From an uncultured archaeon (GTDB taxonomy: Archaea > Asgardarchaeota > Lokiarchaeia > Sigyniarchaeales > SOKP01), in NCBI GenBank assembly GCA_964486045.1, contig CAZALK010000002.1:256001-320000 (forward strand): DNA of 64,000 nucleotides, written 5' to 3'. A program made the position numbers and the translations under genes. The notes below the pieces were generated by a model, which worked only from the letters and a program-made list of their open reading frames with translations, was not told where the DNA came from and searched no databases. Of the stretch, positions 59,990 through 64,000 are shown one piece after another (positions within the stretch are counted from its first letter, which is position 1; the number at the start of each line of letters is the position of its first letter).

Positions 59990-62134
59990 TTAGCTGAATC
60001 TAATTTTTCCTTTGATTTGTTTATGCAAATAAGACAGTATAATCAACGACGCAATTGAAATAAATAATAGTGAATAACCTGGAATTCCGGGTTCCACAGG
60101 GACTTCCATTTTAGACTCTACAGTGACAATAACGATATCTTCAGCAGTTTCATTGGCATTGTGTATTTCAATGCGATATTCATAAAATCCAACGGGAAGA
60201 GCATCAACGCTAATAACAACAGGTATTCCTGATACCCATGAATCCGTGTTACTAAATGAACTATTTTGATAGACGGTATAGCTATGATTAAAAGTGTAAT
60301 CTGCAGTTATGATCCATGTAATAGTATTACCAGTGCTACCAAACTCGTAATTAATGTCTAATGGATGTGATACTACTATGGAATAATCATAGGGAGCATA
60401 AAAAGCCCATTGGCAAGAATAGAAATCTAGTTTTTCATAAGCATTTGGCTGAAATCCCGTTAAATTGACGTTGTAAGCATAATATAATTTGTCTACATAA
60501 ACCCAAGCCCATGGATAGTCTCTTTCAATCAAGAGTTCTTGAATCCTATCATAATAAGCTTCTCTTAAAGCAGGGTCAGTTTCTATAAGAGCAATTTCCA
60601 TCAAGAGCTGGACATTATCATTTAGAACGGTTGAATTGCCTGATGAAAGCCATCCATTATACTGTGCTCCATTAGAAGCAATAGATCTATTAGTAAACAA
60701 ATTATTAATGTAGTGGCTCGGATCGTTATAAAGTGGTTTCCAATCTAGCCAATAAAGTTCCAACATATCTCTATGACGAATACCTATTTCATATAACCTG
60801 TAAATTAATTCCATGAACGTCATGCCATCATCTATCACTCTAATGCCAATTTTTGACAGATTATTCTGCAGTAAAACTAGTATACCCTCTCGAAAAGTAT
60901 TACCGATGTTATAGCTATAATTAAAAATTGCAAAAGGAGAAGTGGATTCTTGATTTACCCATTCTGTATCGTCACTCACGTTGAACCCCATCCCAAATCC
61001 CATGGATTGCATTATTAGTCTTGCGTGAGTGAGATTAAAGATCGGCGCATCAAATGTGGCATTAGAATACCTAATGCCTAACGGAATAGGAGATTTAGCT
61101 CTTACAGCATTACCCCCTTTAAGGGTATTGATACTGTAATCATAATCCAACGCATAAGAAATTGCCTTCCTAAAGGTTACATTTATCAGGTTGTTATTCA
61201 TCCCTAGGTACTGAAGAATTACACTTTGTGGCCCTTCTTCGAAGGTAAGACCCGCTGTTGAATTTAATACTCCGTAATATGATTCTGATGGATCATATAG
61301 AAAATGGATATCCCCCGCTAATAAAGCCAAACTTCTAGCAGTTGTATTGGTAATTTCTTTAAAAACTAATTCTTCAATACTCGCTTTTCCTTTCCAATAA
61401 TCGTCGAAGGCGTGAAATTTTACATCGACACCCACTTCGTACGAATCATAAACAAAAGGACCTGTGCCAACGATATCTCCAGTATACGTGTCAATGTAAG
61501 TATTCGAGAGCGAAGTTATATATGTAGGTGATTGAATATATGAGCCACTGAAGGCTAACAAAGCTTCAAAAGGTACATAAGGGCCATTCAGGAAAAACGT
61601 TACGGTGTTATCACCATTATCAACAACATTACTTACGATGGGCGTACGATTTGGAAATTCATATAATTCTCTTAACTGTGTTATACTAATCGTGTTGGTG
61701 CCAGTAGTGTTTAAAGCCCAAGCCATTCTATCCCAGTGGGCAACAACAGCAGCCGCATTAAAGTCTGTTCCGTCATGAAATTTAACGCCAGTTCTGAGAG
61801 GTATTGTATATTCATCACCACTAGCATTCCACGTGCCCAAAGCGGAGGCTAGTCGTGGTATTAAGGCAAGATTAGGATCACCTAAATCATAAGCAAATAA
61901 ACCCTCAACTACTTGATCAATTACATCAAAGGCCGGGTAACCCCAAGCTATAATTGGATCAATATCTGCTGGTAAATACGGTAAGCCAACTTTAAAAGGA
62001 ATGACGGGGAATCCAGCACTAGCAACCAAGTTAAGATCTCTAAGATTGTTGTTTCTTTTGAAATTCACAAAACCAATAGAAAAAGATGAAGTCACTACAA
62101 TTATTATTATTATATTTTTAAAACTTTTTTTCAT
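59990..62134 (-). CDS. Family 5 ABC transporter substrate-binding protein with Loki-type C-terminal anchor
   Basis: LRTGVKFHDGTDFNA, VGTGPF and RKAISYALD motifs; C-terminal IPGY + TM + basic tail. Confidence 0.88.
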   Translation of the reverse strand: MKKSFKNIIIIIVVTSSFSIGFVNFKRNNNLRDLNLVASAGFPVIPFKVGLPYLPADIDPIIAWGYPAFDVIDQVVEGLFAYDLGDPNLALIPRLASALGTWNASGDEYTIPLRTGVKFHDGTDFNAAAVVAHWDRMAWALNTTGTNTISITQLRELYEFPNRTPIVSNVVDNGDNTVTFFLNGPYVPFEALLAFSGSYIQSPTYITSLSNTYIDTYTGDIVGTGPFVYDSYEVGVDVKFHAFDDYWKGKASIEELVFKEITNTTARSLALLAGDIHFLYDPSESYYGVLNSTAGLTFEEGPQSVILQYLGMNNNLINVTFRKAISYALDYDYSINTLKGGNAVRAKSPIPLGIRYSNATFDAPIFNLTHARLIMQSMGFGMGFNVSDDTEWVNQESTSPFAIFNYSYNIGNTFREGILVLLQNNLSKIGIRVIDDGMTFMELIYRLYEIGIRHRDMLELYWLDWKPLYNDPSHYINNLFTNRSIASNGAQYNGWLSSGNSTVLNDNVQLLMEIALIETDPALREAYYDRIQELLIERDYPWAWVYVDKLYYAYNVNLTGFQPNAYEKLDFYSCQWAFYAPYDYSIVVSHPLDINYEFGSTGNTITWIITADYTFNHSYTVYQNSSFSNTDSWVSGIPVVISVDALPVGFYEYRIEIHNANETAEDIVIVTVESKMEVPVEPGIPGYSLLFISIASLIILSYLHKQIKGKIRFS

Positions 62135-62262
62135 TAAAAATACCCAAAATTTTTGGTCTATAATATTTTATCCTTAGATTATATAAAAGTTATTATTTTC
62201 TCACGATAACAAGAAATTCAAATTTATTTCATAATAAAGTAATAAACTGATTTCTTAATCTT

Positions 62263-62487
62263 TTGGATGCTCTAAAAGAATCTTTATTTAAAAAAGGGTA
62301 TAAGGAACACAAAAGTGGGAAGGGAATGGGATTTGAATTATCCCTTGTCAAAACAATCATCAATCCTTATGAGGAACTCTTCTGGGTAGAGAATTGGGTA
62401 GAAGAAAATTACACACACGGCAGTTATTTTACCATATTATTTATTATTTTTCCGAAGATCCTTCACAATTTCACTATTACTGCATAA
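62263..62487 (+). pseudogene. Histidine kinase HATPase_c C-terminal fragment
   Basis: KGMGFELSLVKTII...WVEN...GSYFTI is a degenerate G2 box and final strand; no upstream domains. Confidence 0.6.
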
Positions 62488-62592
62488 TTGTTCTTTATAA
62501 TCAAGATGAATGTTTTCTTCAATCCTATTTGGAATTAAACTCTCCAAAAAATCTTGATTTACTTCATTAATTCGGTCTGCTGTGATTAACAT
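62437..62592 (-). pseudogene. N-terminal fragment of an AlbA_2/Schlafen-like protein
   Basis: Manual translation: MLITADRINEVNQDFLESLIPNRIEENIHLDYKEQLCSNSEIVKDL, cut off before the expected SAFAN..GG motif. Confidence 0.5.
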
Positions 62593-63111
62593 TATCAATC
62601 TATTGGTTATATTTACACCTATTTATTATTATTTTTGTCTTAACCCATAACAAATGAAACAGAAATATATCCTTTTCCCCATTCTCTCCTATGATTATTA
62701 TCTCCCTCCCCTGTGGTATCCTCTCCTAAAAAAGCGAAGTATTGCCTTACCCCATTCTTTTTCTTGAAATAGGAGACTCCTACCAGCAAGACCTAATTCT
62801 AAGGTCAAAATTTAATCAGGGTGAGGAGGGCGAAATTAGAGTGTAATTCCTTACACTACCAAAAGACAAAAATCCAGGGTGCTTGGTAGGAGTCATGGTT
62901 GGTTTTTTTATCTTTTCTCTAATAATATTTTTTCATCTAATCCATTTAATAGTTTGGATTTTAGATTTTTTAAAGGAAAAGTCTCTATCGGAAATCATCA
63001 AAATATCAGAAAAATTCATTCAACATCAAATTTTAATGTATCAAGGTGTGCCAAAGCGAATACCAATAAAAATTATATATTAATTATCCTTATATTCTTC
63101 TTGAAATTAAA

Positions 63112-63477
63112 ATGACAAAAAGAATTCAAAATATTATTTTTTTTCTTATGGGCTTCATTTTTCTAGCGGTTGCTATCTACCCATTAGTTTATTTTATTGT
63201 AATATTTTCCGTTAAGAGCAATAGCTCTGTCTATTCCTACTTTCGAAATAATACTTTTTACAATTTAATCTTTTTTACATTTATATTCTTTTTCTTTAGC
63301 CTTATTTTTATAATTCCTGGAACTGGTTTGTTCCAACGTGAAAAAGTAAAGAAACTATTCTCGTTTAAACGAACCTTTTATATCCTTATGTACGTCTCAC
63401 TAATTGAAGTTTTAATAATGATAATTCTTTTTCCAGAACCAATCAACATATACAGAATAGCACCCCCTCTAAATTAA
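63112..63477 (+). CDS. Small 3-TM membrane protein
   Basis: Three hydrophobic segments; paralog immediately downstream. Confidence 0.65.
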   Translation: MTKRIQNIIFFLMGFIFLAVAIYPLVYFIVIFSVKSNSSVYSYFRNNTFYNLIFFTFIFFFFSLIFIIPGTGLFQREKVKKLFSFKRTFYILMYVSLIEVLIMIILFPEPINIYRIAPPLN

Positions 63478-63635
63478 CTTTATAATTAATAAAGTCATCT
63501 TTAAAATACTGACGATATCAGTAACCTCATTTATCATAAAAATTATTTACCTAGAATTAAATTTTTCTGTGGAGAAGCGAATATTATGAAAAATTGTAAA
63601 ATTAATTGTGTTTATATCCTACCTGAAAAAAGACG

Positions 63636-64000
63636 ATGAAAAAAAAAATTCAGAATGTTACAAATTTTATTTTTCTTCTTATTGGCTTCATTCTGATATC
63701 AATTGCTATCTTCCCAATAGTTTATTTTCATGTAATTTTTTTAGATCGTAAGTATGGCATTGCTTATTACTACTTTCGAAATTTGACATTTCACATGGTA
63801 TTTTTGTTTTCATTTATTTTCTTTTTTTTAGGCTTCATGTTTATAAGTTCTGGAATAAGTTTGTTCCTACGTGGAAAAATAAAGGAACCATACTCATATA
63901 AACAAAGTTGTTATATTCTTCTATTTATATACATAATTGAAATCTTTGTAATGCGTGCTCTTTTCCCGGAAGCAATCATAGGTTGGCTTGCTCCTAATTA
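63636..64000 (+). CDS. Paralogous small 3-TM membrane protein (reaches window edge; not in ORF track)
   Basis: Manual translation MKKKIQNVTNFIFLLIGFILISIAIFPIVYF...YFRNLTF...LFPEAIIGWLAPN aligns end to end with 63112-63477. Confidence 0.7.
   Translation, partial: MKKKIQNVTNFIFLLIGFILISIAIFPIVYFHVIFLDRKYGIAYYYFRNLTFHMVFLFSFIFFFLGFMFISSGISLFLRGKIKEPYSYKQSCYILLFIYIIEIFVMRALFPEAIIGWLAPN

Noticed and set aside
62879-63115. ORFs 62879-63115 and 62883-63083
   Set aside because: Two overlapping short frames with no recognisable motifs; I cannot tell whether either is real.

Overview
AT-rich archaeal chromosome segment, most likely an Asgard archaeon (Lokiarchaeia). The evidence is two tandem unprenylated Rab-like GTPases, a Loki-type 'IPGY + TM + basic tail' C-terminus on an ABC substrate-binding protein, zinc-ribbon proteins, a DRG GTPase and a metamonad-like OTC. 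The left ~35 kb is an amino-acid fermentation neighbourhood. It contains AOR, a proline/sarcosine-dehydrogenase-like pair, OTC, carbamate kinase and ornithine aminotransferase, a near-complete B12-dependent lysine fermentation pathway (kat-like, kce, kdd, kamA, kamB, kamD, kamE; no kal or kamC seen), a second AOR with an Fe-ADH, and 3-hydroxyacyl-CoA dehydrogenase. Five small toxin-antitoxin pairs sit between metabolic genes. The most unusual structure is a 3.3-kb integrase-free island (54802-58100) bounded by a perfect 80-bp direct repeat of the 3' end of the AOR ferredoxin gene. It carries a four-gene operon of winged-helix proteins ending in a HEPN (RNSRDGAH) protein, a candidate undescribed defence/toxin system; one of these genes appears to start at a non-canonical ATC. 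A degenerate third copy of the repeat after the next gene, and a diverged ~150-bp repeat around one MNT-HEPN pair, suggest repeated cassette capture by target duplication. Also noted: a TIR-NACHT protein, an HdrC/CCG protein split by a GltD/NfnB module, a 55-aa Cys-rich protein missed by the ORF track, a structured palindromic element, and gene debris at the right end. No rRNA, complete tRNA, CRISPR array, integrase or transposase was seen.
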